Counted from the stretch's first letter, positions 35,972 through 48,960 are shown. The stretch: 64,000 nt of DNA from Vicugna vicugna (GCA_013265495.1 MU061579.1:4116327-4180326); one strand, 5' to 3'. Translations and numbers: made by a program. The notes: generated by a model not told the origin, from the sequence alone.

Positions 35972-36808
35972 TTTTATATGTATACACACACACACATACA
36001 TACACACACACATACATATACATACCACATCTTCTTTATCCATTCATCAGTGGATACTCTGGTTGTTTACATATCCTGGCTAATGTAAATAATGATGCAA
36101 TGAACATAGGGGTATATATATATTTTTTCAGATTACAGTTTTTCTTTTCTGAAATTGCTGGGTCATATGATAGTTCTATTTTTAATTTTTTGAGGAACTT
36201 CTGTTCTATTTTCTATAGTGGCTGCTTCATTATACATTCTCACCAACAGTGCATGGGGGTTCCCTTTTCTGCACATCCTCACCAATACTTATTTGTTGTC
36301 TTTTTTATTGTAGCCATTCTGATAGGTATCACTCAGCGATTAAAAAAAAAAGAAAAAAGAAATCTTGCTGTTTGTGACAACATGGATGGACCTAGAGGGT
36401 ATTAAGCTAAGTGAAATAAGCCAGAAAGCCAGACAAAGAAAGACAGATACCATACAATCTCACTTATATGTGGACTCTAAAAAACAAAACAGGTGAACAA
36501 ACAGAGTGAAGCAGAATGAACTCATAGATACTGAGAACAAACAGGTTGTTGCCAGAGCAGATGGAGGTGAAGGAGGTGAGTGAAATAGTTGAGGGAGATT
36601 CAGAGGTACAGATTTCCAATTACAAAATAAGTATGTCATGGCACAAAATGTACAGAATATATAGTCAATTATATTGTAGTATCTTTGTATGGTGACAGAT
36701 CATAACTAACCTTATAGTGATCATTTTGTAGTATATAGAAATACTGAATCACTGTCTTGTGCACTTGAAACTAACATTGTGTTTTGAGTCAATTATACTT
36801 TAGCTAAA
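35972..36808 (+). mobile_element. Older LINE-1 (L1MA9/Laurasiatherian-type 3' UTR) with 5' inversion
   Basis: 35972-36327 is antisense L1 ORF2 tail sequence. 36328-36808 is the sense ORF2 end plus 3' UTR (CAACATGGATGGACCTAGAGGGTATT...GTATGGTGACAGAT...CAATTATACTT). Confidence 0.92.
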
Positions 36809-36824
36809 ATAATATTTAAACACT

Positions 36825-36980
36825 GGGAGGAAATATAAAAATGCTAATGGTGGTCATGTCTGGGGTGTGGGGATTATCAATGTTTGATTTTTTTAACTTT
36901 ATGTTTTTATGTATTTCTAGTTGTCTGTAATGAATGTATACTACTTGTAAAATTAGAAAACAAATTTAAATATCATAAAA
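36825..36980 (+). mobile_element. Ancient L1ME/MC 3' end
   Basis: TAATGGTGGTCATGTCTGGGGTGTGGGGATTAT...TGAATGTATACTACTTGTAAAATTAGAAAA. Confidence 0.6.
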
Positions 36981-38239
36981 AAGATTCTCGAATTAGAATA
37001 TTCCATGATATTTTGCATTTTGAGGCTCCAAAAGAACACTTAACTCCCAAAATAGAAACATTTGGCAATTACATACAGTAGTAAGGCAGATGGGATCAAA
37101 ATATCTCCTCCAATCTTGATAAAGCTATGTGGACATTATGACCTGGGTTAGCCAAACGGGCTTATTTATTTGCCTCTAATTGAACTTTTCTCCCAAACCT
37201 TCCCCACAAAGGCAGAGCCTGTCATTCCAAACTTACCAATTTGGAGAGATAGGACCAAATTGTATCTTCTCTGCTGGCTGCTAGGTCATAAAGTGTGGGC
37301 ACAGAAGTTGCTGGGCCACAACCACCAATTCCTCCCCTCCTTGGGGAGGAATGCCATGGTGATAAAGGCCTGGATTGTTACTCTAATGGAAGTTTTTCCA
37401 CACGGAGACATAAACAGGAGGGATAACAGTACAATGATAAATGCTGAGGATTTGGTATACAATGGCATATGGAATCTTTTTTTTTAAGCCTTTCAATGTT
37501 TTATATTAATAAAATGAGCCTGAGAGAAAGAAAAGATTACTTTTTCTTGAAATAAAAATGGTAGGATAGATATAAGGTAAACAGTTATTTAAATTGTCAT
37601 TGGGTTTCTAGCACCATACTGCTGCATTATTTTATACAGTAGATATAGATGGGCCAAATTTAAGGACAAGGGAGTTCAGTTACCTCAATGCCCTTTTCAT
37701 CTTTGGCCTCTTGAGAAGAGAGGCTGGAAAGTTATTCTTGTAATTTAAATTACAGACATGACTTTTTATAGTGTCAGCTGAGGCCATCATCTCATTTTAC
37801 ATAAAACACCAAACAGCCATTGGAAGTTAATGAACTTTCTTTATTGGTGTATCAGGAACATTTAAACCAGTGATCTAGAGAAAAAGAGCTCTTCATATCT
37901 GATCATAAATTTTGGAGCTCCCCATCACCTTGATTAATATTGTCTTCAAGTTTTGGAAGACTGATATTCAAATGTATGTGTATATTAGTGGGGTTTTGTG
38001 TGTGTGGCATGTATCATTATTATTTTTGGAAGGAAGCCATATAATATTCATTCTTATAAACATAAGCTCCTTTTGGTTCCATATACTACACAATGATTTA
38101 AGAAATTATGTTGTTCCACATACTACACATTATTTAAAATATAAATGTGATGGGATAAGTATAACTATATATTTTAAATTATAAAAAGTATTTTTATAAA
38201 TATGTAAACTAAAATGTTCCTATTTTAGGGAAGAATATT

Positions 38240-40080
38240 TTAAAAGTAAGCATATAATTTTAATTACCCCTCAGATCAAGATATAATGTATTATTAACAT
38301 CCAGAAATCTCTTGAGCTCCATTCCAATTATGAAGCCCAAGAATAAACATTATTTTGATTTCTATCTCCATAAGTTAACTTTGCATTTTTTGAATGTTAT
38401 TAAAATAGAACCAGAGAGTGTATAATTTTTATGTCTGCTTTCTTTTGCTCAGCAATTTATCTATAAAATGTATCATGCTATTTTGTATACCAGTAGTTTT
38501 TTTTTCTTTCTGATATTATTCCATTGTGTTACTATTCCACATACATTTATTTCTTCTACTTTTTATGGGCATACACTTGAGTTGTTTCCAATTTGTTACT
38601 ATTGTTATGTGATTTCTATCAGCTTCTTGTCTATGTGGTGAATATATATACCAATTTTCACTGCACAGGCACCTAAGGGTCTTTTGGTGAACATATGTGT
38701 ATGTTTCTGGGGTTATAGCTTTAGGAGTCATAGGTTTCTTAGGTTTAACTTCAGTAAATTATGTCAAGAGGACACCAAAGTGATCTTTTCCCACATGCAG
38801 TGTATGAGAGTTCTAGCCACTAGACCCTCTTGCCTGTGATTGTCAGTCTTTTTCATTTTTGTCATCAGGTGAGTTCACTGAATCATCTTGGAACTCCCTG
38901 ATGTTTTAGTTTTCTTTTCCCCTGGTGGTGAAAGAAGTAAATGTCCTCTTTAACTTATTGCTTATTCAATTCATTGGTCAAATTTCATGTATTGCCTTTT
39001 AAAATTATGTGTGTGTGAATCATTTATTGGCTATATGTATTGAAACTATCAATAGCTTACTTTTTAATCTCTTAATGGTGCCTTTTTTATTCTCTTAATA
39101 AAGTACAAGGTAGCAGGTCTTTTTTTTGTAACTAGTTGTTTGTCTAGCAAGTTTAATTACTTTTTGTCTAGCCAATGTCATGAAGATATTCTCCTGTGTT
39201 ATCCTCTGGAAGTTTTATTGTTATGATACATTTGAAATATAATTTTGTGTATATATTGTATGAATTAGACTCAAGGCTTATTTAAATAAAAATATATATA
39301 AATATATAAATTTAAAACTAATCATTAGAATACAATTTATATCAACATTTCATTGATTCTTTTTTATAATTCAAGTGACCCTCATATGTGTGAGTTTTCT
39401 TAATATATACATATTTTTTTTATTGAAGTATAGTCAGTTTACAATGTTGTGTCAATTTCTGGTGTACAGCACAATGCTTCAGTCATAAAGGAACGTAATA
39501 TATTCATTTTCATATTCTCTTTCACTGTAAGTTACTGCAAGATATTGAATGTAGTTCCCTGTGCTATACAGTATAAACTTGTTATTTGCCTATTTTTATA
39601 TATTGGATAGTATCTTCAAATCTCGAACTCCCAACTTATTCCTTCCCACTCCTTCCCCTCTGGTAACCATAGGTTTGTTTTCTGTGTGAGTCTGTTTCTG
39701 TTTTGTAAATTAGTTCATTTGTCTATTTTTTTTTCTAGATTCCACATATAAGTGATATCATATAGTATTTTTCTTTCTCTTTCTGGCTTTTCTAAGTGAG
39801 TTTTCTTGAATATCTAATCTCTTTTATTCATATATGTCTAACTTTGTATCAGTTGCATTCTCATTTTATAATTAAAGCTTTATAATAATTTTTGAAGTGT
39901 GGTCATGTAAGCTCTCCAACTCTATTTTTCTTATTTAAAATTATCTTTATGGTTATTGATATTTTAAAATCAGCTTGTAAATTATACATGCACACACACT
40001 GTTGGCTTTGATCAAATTTATGCTGAACCTACAAATACACTAGTTGATAGAAGATGCTATCTTTACAATATTGAATAGAG
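38240..40080 (-). mobile_element. Ancient L1ME 3' UTR + ORF2 fragment, interrupted by a young L1
   Basis: TTCCCACATGCAGTGTATGAGAGTTC...TGAAGATATTCTCCTGTGTTATCCTCTGGAAGTTTTATTG...GCTTTATAATAATTTTTGAAG is antisense old L1. Confidence 0.8.
39402..39795 (-). mobile_element. Young LINE-1 3' UTR fragment with perfect TSD
   Basis: Same 3' UTR type as 6342-7595 (TTATTGAAGTATAGTCAGTTTACAATGTTG). The 12-bp TSD GTGAGTTTTCTT is at 39390-39401 and 39796-39807. Confidence 0.95.
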
Positions 40081-40929
40081 TTTAACCATTTTCTCATATT
40101 CCTTTATGTTTTAGTAATATTTATTATATTAAAGATTTTCTTATTTTATATTAGTATAGCTACACCAACTCTTTTCTGTTAATGTTCACATGCTTCATTT
40201 TTTTCTTTATTACAATCTTTTTGAGTCCTTGTATCATATGTCTTTATTATTCTCAAGCATGATTTTTTTTTAAATTCGGCTTGACAAATTTGTAGAATGA
40301 TAAATGTTAAAAAGCAGTGTTGCAGAGATTTTTCACTTCTAGCTACAAAGAACTGGTTATTATGAGACTAATATATTTGACAAAAATGTTTAAAAATTTA
40401 AAAACATAAACATAGAATTGTAGGGAGGCACTGGAAAACACTGAGTGCATCTGTGAGCTTTTTCAGGACATGAGGCACCAGTGTCAATTTTTGCCTGTAT
40501 GTATTAAATGAAGAAACTGATCACAACATGATCCAAGTTATTTATCCTAGGTTCTCTAAATTTTCACTTTTGATTATCTGTCTTTACTCTTTTCTACTCC
40601 TTTTTGTCTCTGATTTTCTTTAAATATCTTAATCTAATATTAGCTCTTTTAAAAATACATTCTATTTTATTTAGAAGCACTTCATTAATAATTTCAGACA
40701 GCTTGAAATAATATGGCGTCAGTCTCTTCCACAAATCTCTCATGCAACAGATCAGTAAGTACTGCAGTTTTAACACTTGAATCATATTTTTATTAAAATT
40801 GTATCGTTTTTATATCCTTAAAACCACTTATACTAAGAAGGATCTAATCTCTCCCTGAAGACTTTCAATACGCTGATACCTGCTTATTTCTATGGTCTTT
40901 TGCAAATATGTCTTAAATTTCTGCTTGTG

Positions 40930-41812
40930 AAGGAATAAGTATCAAATATACCTGTATGATAAACAACTGAAAAACTGGACAAAAGGTACAGAATATCTAT
41001 TTTCAGCCATTGGAAAATAGAAATTTTAAAATGTTTCTTTTTAATGATCCTTATAGAAAGACAAACAGAAGATGAGCCCCATATTCACTTGGTAAATTCT
41101 CCAAATCAGGACCCTGGGAAGGGCAAACCAAACACAGAACACCCCACTTTCTAGGCAGAGGAGTCTGAGATTGGAAACCTGGAATGATTGGGCAGCTAGA
41201 ATTTGTGAGGAAAATATTAAATAGAAGGAATGACACACAAAAGCATATCCAGAAGTCAGCATAGAGTCTTTGGGCAAATACTATTCTGTGCATGCACAGG
41301 ATGAGATTTTGCAAGGCCTACCAGAGAGCAGCTGTTGGTGGGCTATGAGCTGCATGATGATTTTGCATAATTCTGAGAAATGTTGGAGATCCAACTAGCC
41401 AGAGTGGAGACACCTTACTGAACTCAACAGAAAATCAGCCAGGACCCCAGGGACATCATTATCTCTAAGTAACACTACTCTAACCTTAGATTAAGGGTAA
41501 CTCTAAACTCACCATAAAAAAAACCTAAGAACAAAACTAGACAATATCAAGCTGATTAACCAGCTAATTAACTTATTGCCAGAACCAAATTAACAGTCTT
41601 TCAAGGAAAACACACACACACACACAAACTCAATTATGTAGCATAACTGTCAGTACACAGTACAGAATTAATAGATATGTAAAGGAGGAAAACATAACAT
41701 TTAATAATTTAAAAGTATGAAGTTAATAGAAATGTACCCAATATTGACACAAATGATTGAAATGTCAGACCAGAACTTTCACAAGGCTATTCTAAATGTT
41801 GTCAAAAATTTA
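40930..41812 (+). mobile_element. Ancient L1M 5' UTR / ORF1 start
   Basis: AACAACTGAAAAACTGGACAAAA...GGCAGCTAGAATTTGTGAGG...CTGTGCATGCACAGG...GAAATGTCAGACCAGAACTTT resembles old L1M 5' ends. Confidence 0.6.
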
Positions 41813-42445
41813 TGGTAGGTACAGATAGCCTCCAGATAGCCTCCAGCCTTCCAGATAGCCACCAAGATTTCTAACCACTTGTGTATTACCCTGTATAATC
41901 CTATCCCCTTGAGTTGGTGAGGTCTGTGAATATAATGAATATTAACTCCCATGTCTAGGTTATGCTGTATGGCAGAGTGAAGGAATTCTGCAGATAAAAT
42001 TAGGGTCCTTAAACAGTTTGACTTTGAATTAATCACAAGGAAGTTTATGCTGTGTGGGACTAATGTAATCAAGTGAACCTTTTAAAAGATGTCCAAAGTC
42101 TTCCATAAGATCAGAGAGTGAACGTTCATCTGAGCTTGAGGAAGAAAACATCTATGCTGCAAACTGCCTGTAGAAACAATACGTGTTATGAAACTCAAGT
42201 AGTGATTGTGGCTTCCAGTTGAAATCCAGTATGAATGAGTCCAGGGCATCTCAGTAATAAATATCAAGGAAATGAATTTTGCCAACAACCTGAATGAGCT
42301 TGAAAGAAAATGCTTACCCTAGTCAAGCCTTTGGATAATAATACAGTCTGGCTAACTCCTTGATTATAGCCTTGTGAAACCCTGAGCAGAGCGAATCTAG
42401 CTAGCAGTGCTTAAACTCCTGATCCATGGGAACTCTGTGTTTTGT
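41813..42445 (+). mobile_element. MaLR solo LTR (MLT1E-like)
   Basis: GTATAATCCTATCCCCTTGAGT...CAGTTTGACTTTGAATTAATCA...GAATTTTGCCAACAACCTGAATGAGCTTG...GCCTTGTGAAACCCTGAGCAGAG. Confidence 0.85.
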
Positions 42446-42464
42446 GTGTATTGCTTTGTTGTTG

Positions 42465-42835
42465 CTTTTAATAGATTTTTGGTATTTTAGAGCAGTTTTA
42501 AATTCACAGCAAAATTGGAAGGAAGGTACAGAGATTTCCCATATACTCTCTGCCCTACACACACATAACCTCTCTCATGACCATTATCCCCTACCAAAGT
42601 GTCTTTCTATTATTGTTACAGTTGATGAATATTGTACACATACACTGACACACCATTATCACCCAAAATCCATAGTTTACATTACAGTTCATTTTTGGTG
42701 AACTCATTCTATGAGTTTGGGCAAATATATGATGACATGTATCTACTATTATAGTGTCATACAGAGTATTTTCTTTAAATATCCTCTATGCTTCCCCTAT
42801 TCATCCCTTCCTCTCCCCTACCCCCTCACCTTTGT
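42465..42835 (-). mobile_element. L1MC1/2-like 3' end
   Basis: GAGCAGTTTTAAATTCACAGCAAAATTG...GGTACAGAGATTTCCCATATAC...ATTATCACCCAAAATCCATAGTTTACATTA. Confidence 0.85.
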
Positions 42836-42849
42836 AATGGCTGGTTTCC

Positions 42850-42941
42850 CACATTAGTTTTTATTAATTAGTTTGTATTTAGTTAGTTTTCAACAATGCA
42901 ACTTAGATACGCAGAACTATGATTTGTGTGTGTGTGGGTGG

Positions 42942-42972
<31 letters not shown>

Positions 42973-43375
42973 ACTTGGAGTTTTTTGAGTTTCTGAGAAC
43001 AATTATTGAAAAGTTTTCATTGTAAACACTTATGATAAATTTTTGGCCATTGCATAGTCAAGTTTTTCTGCTCCAGTCTCTTAAATTATTCTGAGTCCAA
43101 TTACCTCTACAATTAGATTGATTGATATTCCACTACAACAGTGATTCTTTTTAAATGTTTTTGTCTTTTGCTTCTTTATATGCTACATTTTAAAGGGTCT
43201 ATTTTTCTATTTTCAAATATACTATCATTTTATGCTAGTACAGCCATCCAGTGAATTTTTAAACTTCAGATATCATGCCTTTATTTCTAGAATACATGTT
43301 ATTATGGTTGCAATGTTTTTTCCCCAAGATTCTTCAAATATTTACTCATTATGTCAACCTTTTTATGTAAATATG
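42850..43375 (-). mobile_element. Ancient L1 ORF1-like fragment
   Basis: T-rich antisense L1 pattern: CTTGGAGTTTTTTGAGTTTCTG...AAATTTTTGGCCATT...CCATCCAGTGAATTTTT...TTCAGAT. Confidence 0.6.
42925..42969 (+). repeat. (TG)n microsatellite
   Basis: TG run with two GG interruptions. Confidence 0.96.
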
Positions 43376-43439
43376 TATTATTAATTTTCTATTATAGTAT
43401 AACAAATTATTGAAAATTTAACAACTTAAAATAACACAC

Positions 43440-43640
43440 GCAAAACCAAACTACAGAGAGCATAAAAAGATCAGTGGTTGTCATGATTTGGGGGGAGGGG
43501 CTGAATAGGCAAAGCACAGAGGATCTTTAGAGGAGTAGAACTATTCTATATAATACTGTAATGATGGATACAGGACATTACACATTTGTCCAAACCCACA
43601 GAATGAACAACACCAAGAGTAAACTGTAATGTGAATTTTG
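43440..43640 (+). mobile_element. L1MC1/2-like 3' UTR fragment
   Basis: AAAAAGATCAGTGGTTG...GAATAGGCAAAGCACAGAGGAT...CATTACACATTTGTCCAAACCCACAGAATG. Confidence 0.8.
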
Positions 43641-44874
43641 TTTCTTGAAAAGCAGATAAGGGTCACTCTTTGGTCTATTGCATTGCCATTTTCTCTCTCT
43701 CGTATTTCATTTTGTCTTTGAGAAAAGAGAGAACAAGGAATATGTTGAGCTAAAGTTACAATATCAGGTGCCAATATGAGAAGTTTCTTTTCTTTATTTC
43801 TAATGTTTGTGTATTTCATTATCAACTCTAAGGATTATTCTTTCCTCACTAGAGTATTTCCCAGATGTTCCCAGGTACTTCAGTTCAGTAGCTCCTTTAA
43901 GAAGTTTACTTTTATTTGAGAAAAAGAATATATTTTAATATGTATTTATTTTCTAGAAACACATTTTGATCTTTCACCAAGTCTTTATTATTCAGCGTAA
44001 TGGGCAAATGCCTCAGGTAAAATTACCTTAAAACAATAGAAATGGGACTATGAAATCAAACTATTAAATAGTAAAGTGGAATATGAAAGAAATAGGAAAC
44101 ATAGTTTTTCTAATTAGACAAGTATTATTGAGTACAATATTCTAAATAAAAACTTAAAAATGCCTAACCTTTTCAATTCTCATATTTCCTATCTTTATGA
44201 TTTAAGATGGGTACTAGAACCTCCCAAATATCATTCACCACCCCAAAGTCAAAATGTGAACTCAGAGAAACTGAAGGTCTAAGATTCTGTATGAGGACAC
44301 AAATTAACCAGTAAGTCCATATTTGAAGAACAATTTAGTATAATTCAACTAAGTGCATACTTATATAAGAAGTGATATGACTAAATTTGAGTGAATGCCA
44401 AGAACACATCAGGTTTTTTAGAAAACACTTGTAACTTAAGATTGTTACCTCAGTTTCTTAGGTGAGGAGGCTGGCTGGGGTCATATAATTTTTCAGTGTC
44501 AGAGTCACATTTTTTAAGAAAAAGGAGCCAAAATATGAAACAAAATTTTCCTGAAATCTCTACCCTTTTCTTTATAAGATGTTACTTCCTGCAAGAAAAA
44601 AACTAAAACATTATGATCATTCTCTAAGCTATTGGTTCTTAGTTTAGTTTGGTGAATGGGATCCTCTTGGTTAAACCTTTAGGTCATTATCACACACACA
44701 AAAGATGCATCAAAATAATCCCACAGACTGTTGGATACAATTTCAGTGGGTTCCCAAAGTCATCTGAACCCCACGTTCTAGGAAAAAAACATAAAAATAT
44801 GTCTCATAAGTTCTCAAATACACTGATCATACTTTTTAATGTAAAAACAGGGACATAACTAAGTCATGAAAAGA

Positions 44875-45140
44875 CATGGAGGATATACCATTATATATTT
44901 GTCTAAAGTCATAAAATGTGCACTGCTAAGAATGAACCCTAATGTGCACTGTGGACTTTGGGTGATAATGTGTGACAATGTAGGTTCATCAGTTGTAACA
45001 AATGGACCACTCTGGTGTAGAATGTTGATAGGGAGGCTGTATGTATGAAGGCAAAGGGTATATGGGAGCTCTCTGTACTTTCCATTCCATTCTGCTGTGA
45101 ATCTAAAACTATTCTAAAAAATAAAGCCTATTAAAAAATG
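44875..45140 (+). mobile_element. L1MC1/2-like 3' end
   Basis: GAACCCTAATGT...GGACTTTGGGTGATAATG...GTAGGTTCATCAGTTGTAACAAATG...TATGGGAGCTCTCTGTACTT...AATAAAG. Confidence 0.85.
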
Positions 45141-45609
45141 ACATATGATTTGATGCTTTAGTGGTTCATAGTCTGACAAAAGAACTGCTAATAAATTGAT
45201 ATGGCTTAGGGAAAAAAACAGTTTCAAAGTTTGTATTAAATTTCTTATAGGATAATTCATGGGTAAACTCATCATGAAGGAGCTAATTCCAACAGAATTG
45301 AATTCAGATCTGTTTTAACTAAGAAAAATTAAGAGCTATGAGTATCTATTGAGGTTAAATTAGTGTAACTGTACATAAAATATGCAAATCAGCACCTTAA
45401 GCAAAGAAACTCAATATCATTAACCTGATGATTATCATTTATTATATGTGTATCAATTATATATTAACCTGGTGATTAAGAAAAGGCTGAACATGAAGGT
45501 GACTTTTAACCAAAATGCTCATTAAGAGAAAAAGTTCAGAATCAAGATACATTTTTTTGTTTAACCAAGAGAAGTTTAGAAAGGGGACAATCAGAAGAGG
45601 AGTAGTTGA

Positions 45610-45835
45610 CAATAATAATGACTGTTTGTATATAGCTTTTAATCATCAGTAGAATTTTAGACAAAGGATCTTATTTGATCTTAGTTATCTTGTACAATAT
45701 TTAAAGGTGGTATGTTTACTTTATCTATGATAAAATGAATGGTCAAAGATACTAAATACTCTAGTCTCAAAGCTAGTAAGGCTTAGAAGTTCCCTTCTTT
45801 TACCTAGGTCTGGATCTCTTCCAATTTAGCTACAG
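45610..45835 (-). mobile_element. MIR-like fragment
   Basis: ATCTTATTTGATCTT...AAAGCTAGTAAG...CCTAGGTCT shows a weak antisense MIR pattern. Confidence 0.4.
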
Positions 45836-45900
45836 TTTATAGAAGATAGCAAAATTTAGCATGTTAATCTAACATATTTCATAAAGCTTAAGTATACATT

Positions 45901-46317
45901 GGCTATGGGCTGAATTGTGTCCTCCCCAGATTCATATTTTGAAGTCTCAAACCCCATTTGATTACCTTAGACTGTAATCATATTTACAGATAAGGTCCTT
46001 AAAGAGGTGGTTAAGTTAAAATGACTAAGTCAAAATGGCTAAATAAAAATTGATGTGGAGCCTTAATCCAGTATGTCTGGTGTCCTTATAGAAGAGGGAG
46101 AGACACCAGGGATGAGCACATGTGCACCTAACAGGGGCCAAGTGAGGATACAGTGAGAAGAGGGTCATCTGCAAGCTGTACAGTCCTCAGGACAAACTGA
46201 CCCTGCCAACACCTTGATCTTGGACTTCCAGCCTCCAGAATTGTGAGAAAATCAATTTCTGTTGTTTAAGTCACTTTGTGGTATTTTGTCATTGCAGCCT
46301 TAACAAACTAATATACA
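45901..46317 (+). mobile_element. MaLR solo LTR (MLT1A0/B-like)
   Basis: GCTATGGGCTGAATTGTGTCC...CACCTTGATCTTGGACTTCCAGCCTCCAGAATTGTGAGAAA...AAACTAATA. TATACATTG occurs at both junctions (45893-45901, 46312-46320). Confidence 0.92.
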
Positions 46318-47819
46318 TTGAAAAATACCTATATCCTCAACTACGGTTGTAATCAGTAAAGAAGATGACCCCATCAGGGTTACGTAAATTGATTAATTAT
46401 TTCTCTAATTTCCAATTGTTTCTTTTATTCACTTTGCTCCAAATCACTCTACTAAAAGACCCAAGAGTTTGTTTTCTTTTTCCTAATACAAACTTCCTGA
46501 TGACTCTTTAAATCATACCAGTGACTGTCTACCAAAGCACACAAAATTATAAAATTCTCCTAATGGTTTCCTAAAATCCTTTCCAGATCTAAAATTTATT
46601 ATTTTTAGGTTTTGGGGGGAAATATCTGTAATTATAGAAATCATTTTTATCCCACTAGTCTATTTCAAAGGACCAGTGTAAAGATTGGTAAACAGACTGA
46701 ATAGACATGGAAACAAAATTTTGTTATCATTAAGGTTCAAAACTTGACCTAGAAGACCACAATATTATTCTATTTTCTAGTTAAATAGATTTCATTATAC
46801 CATGTGTGGGATTAGCAGAATAAATGTGATATGAACTAACACAAAGAATATAGGCTTGTTTTACAAAATCGCTTTTGACCAATTATTAAGAACTTTTTCC
46901 CATGAAAATAAATCTCAGTGAAGTTAACAACTCAAAGCAACGAATCAGTCTTACAAAATTTGTGAATTAGGCACAAATCAATCATCTGCTTAAACAATAG
47001 GTTTTTAGACACAGTTGTAAGTGCTTCCATATACTATAATGACTAAATGTGTTCCCCTTGCTGGTGGTTTTGATATAAAATTAATCATTAGCTAACATTT
47101 AGACATGTGCTGTGTACAGAGCACTAAATTAGACAACCTATCTACTGTAAGTATGTAGATTGACAAACAATTACTATTTTATTAACTGAAAGGAAAAAGT
47201 TCCTATAAATAAGTTCTTGTTCCAGCTAATTGCATTCACTGAGTATTTAATTATCAACTCCAAATTAAGGATCTACCTCTTCATTTCTGAAAACTGGCTC
47301 CAATAACTGAAATGGTCTATGGACAGATTTTCTAAATTTTTTTAAGCAAGTTACTGTACAGTTATTTATCTATGCCTATGTATATATCTACTTTGATTTT
47401 GGAAGCCTACGCTTTGAAAATGCACAGCAAAAAGAATAAACCTGGTAAGATATAAATAGGCATTAAATAGAGTATTAAGTGCCACAGTTGTCTAGGTTGA
47501 ACAGTTTAACCACCTTTAGCCTGACTGGCTCTCAGAAGATAAAGTCTTGAATTCAGAGAGGACAGTGTAACTGGTTTTTCCAGAATGGAGCTGTATTACT
47601 AGCAGAAGCAATGTTGTCCCCATAGGGATGGTGGTGATTAGTTCATCTAAAGAAGGGACTTGGTTGTCAAGATTGATAAATTAGGAAGAATGAGACCTGA
47701 TAAAATGAGGGACCAGGAGGTACTGACCTAAACGCAGCTGAAAGAAAAAAAAAATACATATGCAGTGTGGATTTGCTCTTTGTATAAAATGCCCTGGAGA
47801 CATTAGAGGGTATCTAGAT

Positions 47820-47960
47820 ATAGAAAGTTTTAGATTCACAGAATTTTCTAGCTGGAAAATATCATCAAAATCCTACAGCTGTTCTCTCATTTTTTATTTG
47901 AGAACACTGAGGCTCAAAGCAAAAGAGGCTGCCTTGGGGCCCAAACTCAGATACCTTACC
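47820..47960 (-). mobile_element. MIR core fragment
   Basis: CTCTCATTTTTTATTTGAGAACACTGAGGCTCAAAG. Confidence 0.5.
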
Positions 47961-48784
47961 TCCTATTTCTGAGTTTCGGAGACAAAGACAATCTGATGTG
48001 TGAGTTTTAAAGTAGTATGTAAATGTTAGGTGTCAATAATAATAACTGGTTTGGAGTACTTGTTATTTCTTATAGTCAAATCCTTTATTAGCAACATAGA
48101 GCCTCTATATAACTTGAACCTCAGTTAGCCACTGTATGATATGATGTACTATGTGCCTTTCCTGGTATTGTTTCTCATTTTTCCATGTGATTAAATTGCT
48201 TCGTACTTTGATGAAATGAAAAGAAAAAATCTGGGACTCCGATGAACATAAAATTCATAGTAAGAAAATCTAGCAGGCATAATTATATAATTTGTGTTCC
48301 TATCTAAAGGGAAAAATATAACTTCTCTGTTTCTATGTAGATGATGGAACTGGTATTGTACTGGAACTGGAGCAAGAGGAAAATATCAGAAAATAATATA
48401 CGTATATTGTCTGCCTCTTGGGGAGAATGAGGTTTTAAGTAGACGAGCATTTAGTTATGCTTATCTATCAACTTCTTTGAGAAAGTTGCTGTGTATTGTC
48501 CACAACAGCATAACATGTCATGGAGGTATATTGTGGGCAAGTAAACTGTTTCAGCATTCATTATGAATTTAGTAAAGATTTATTAAGGACTTTATGTGTC
48601 AGACACTGATAAACAATAAAAGTACAAAGATGAGTTCTTATAAGGCAGGTAATACAAAGCAAAACATAATTACAATTTAATATGATGAGCCCTAAAATTC
48701 AAACATAAAATAGTAATTTAACCTCTAGGATTTGTAGAGTTTTGTTTTGTTTTTTTTTTTGAATGAGTAGCTTTCCCTAGATCA

Positions 48785-48960
48785 GCATCCAGATAAGGAA
48801 GTCAGCTGACATCTTGGTTTCAGCGTGGTGAGACCCTGAGCAGAGGATCCAGAGTAAATGTGTTAAAACTCATGACCACAGAAATTGTGAGATAATAAAT
48901 TTGTATTACTTTAAACTGATGAATTTGTAGCACTTTGCTACTCAGCAATGAAACACATGA
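48785..48960 (+). mobile_element. MaLR LTR 3' part (MLT1E-like)
   Basis: CAGCTGACATCTTGGTTTCAGC...GTGAGACCCTGAGCAGAGGATCCAG...CCACAGAAATTGTGAGATAATAAAT. Confidence 0.8.

Noticed and set aside
35932..36405. 157-aa ORF across the L1 inversion junction
   Set aside because: It starts at a non-ATG codon and is made of a microsatellite plus antisense L1; no sign of a real protein.
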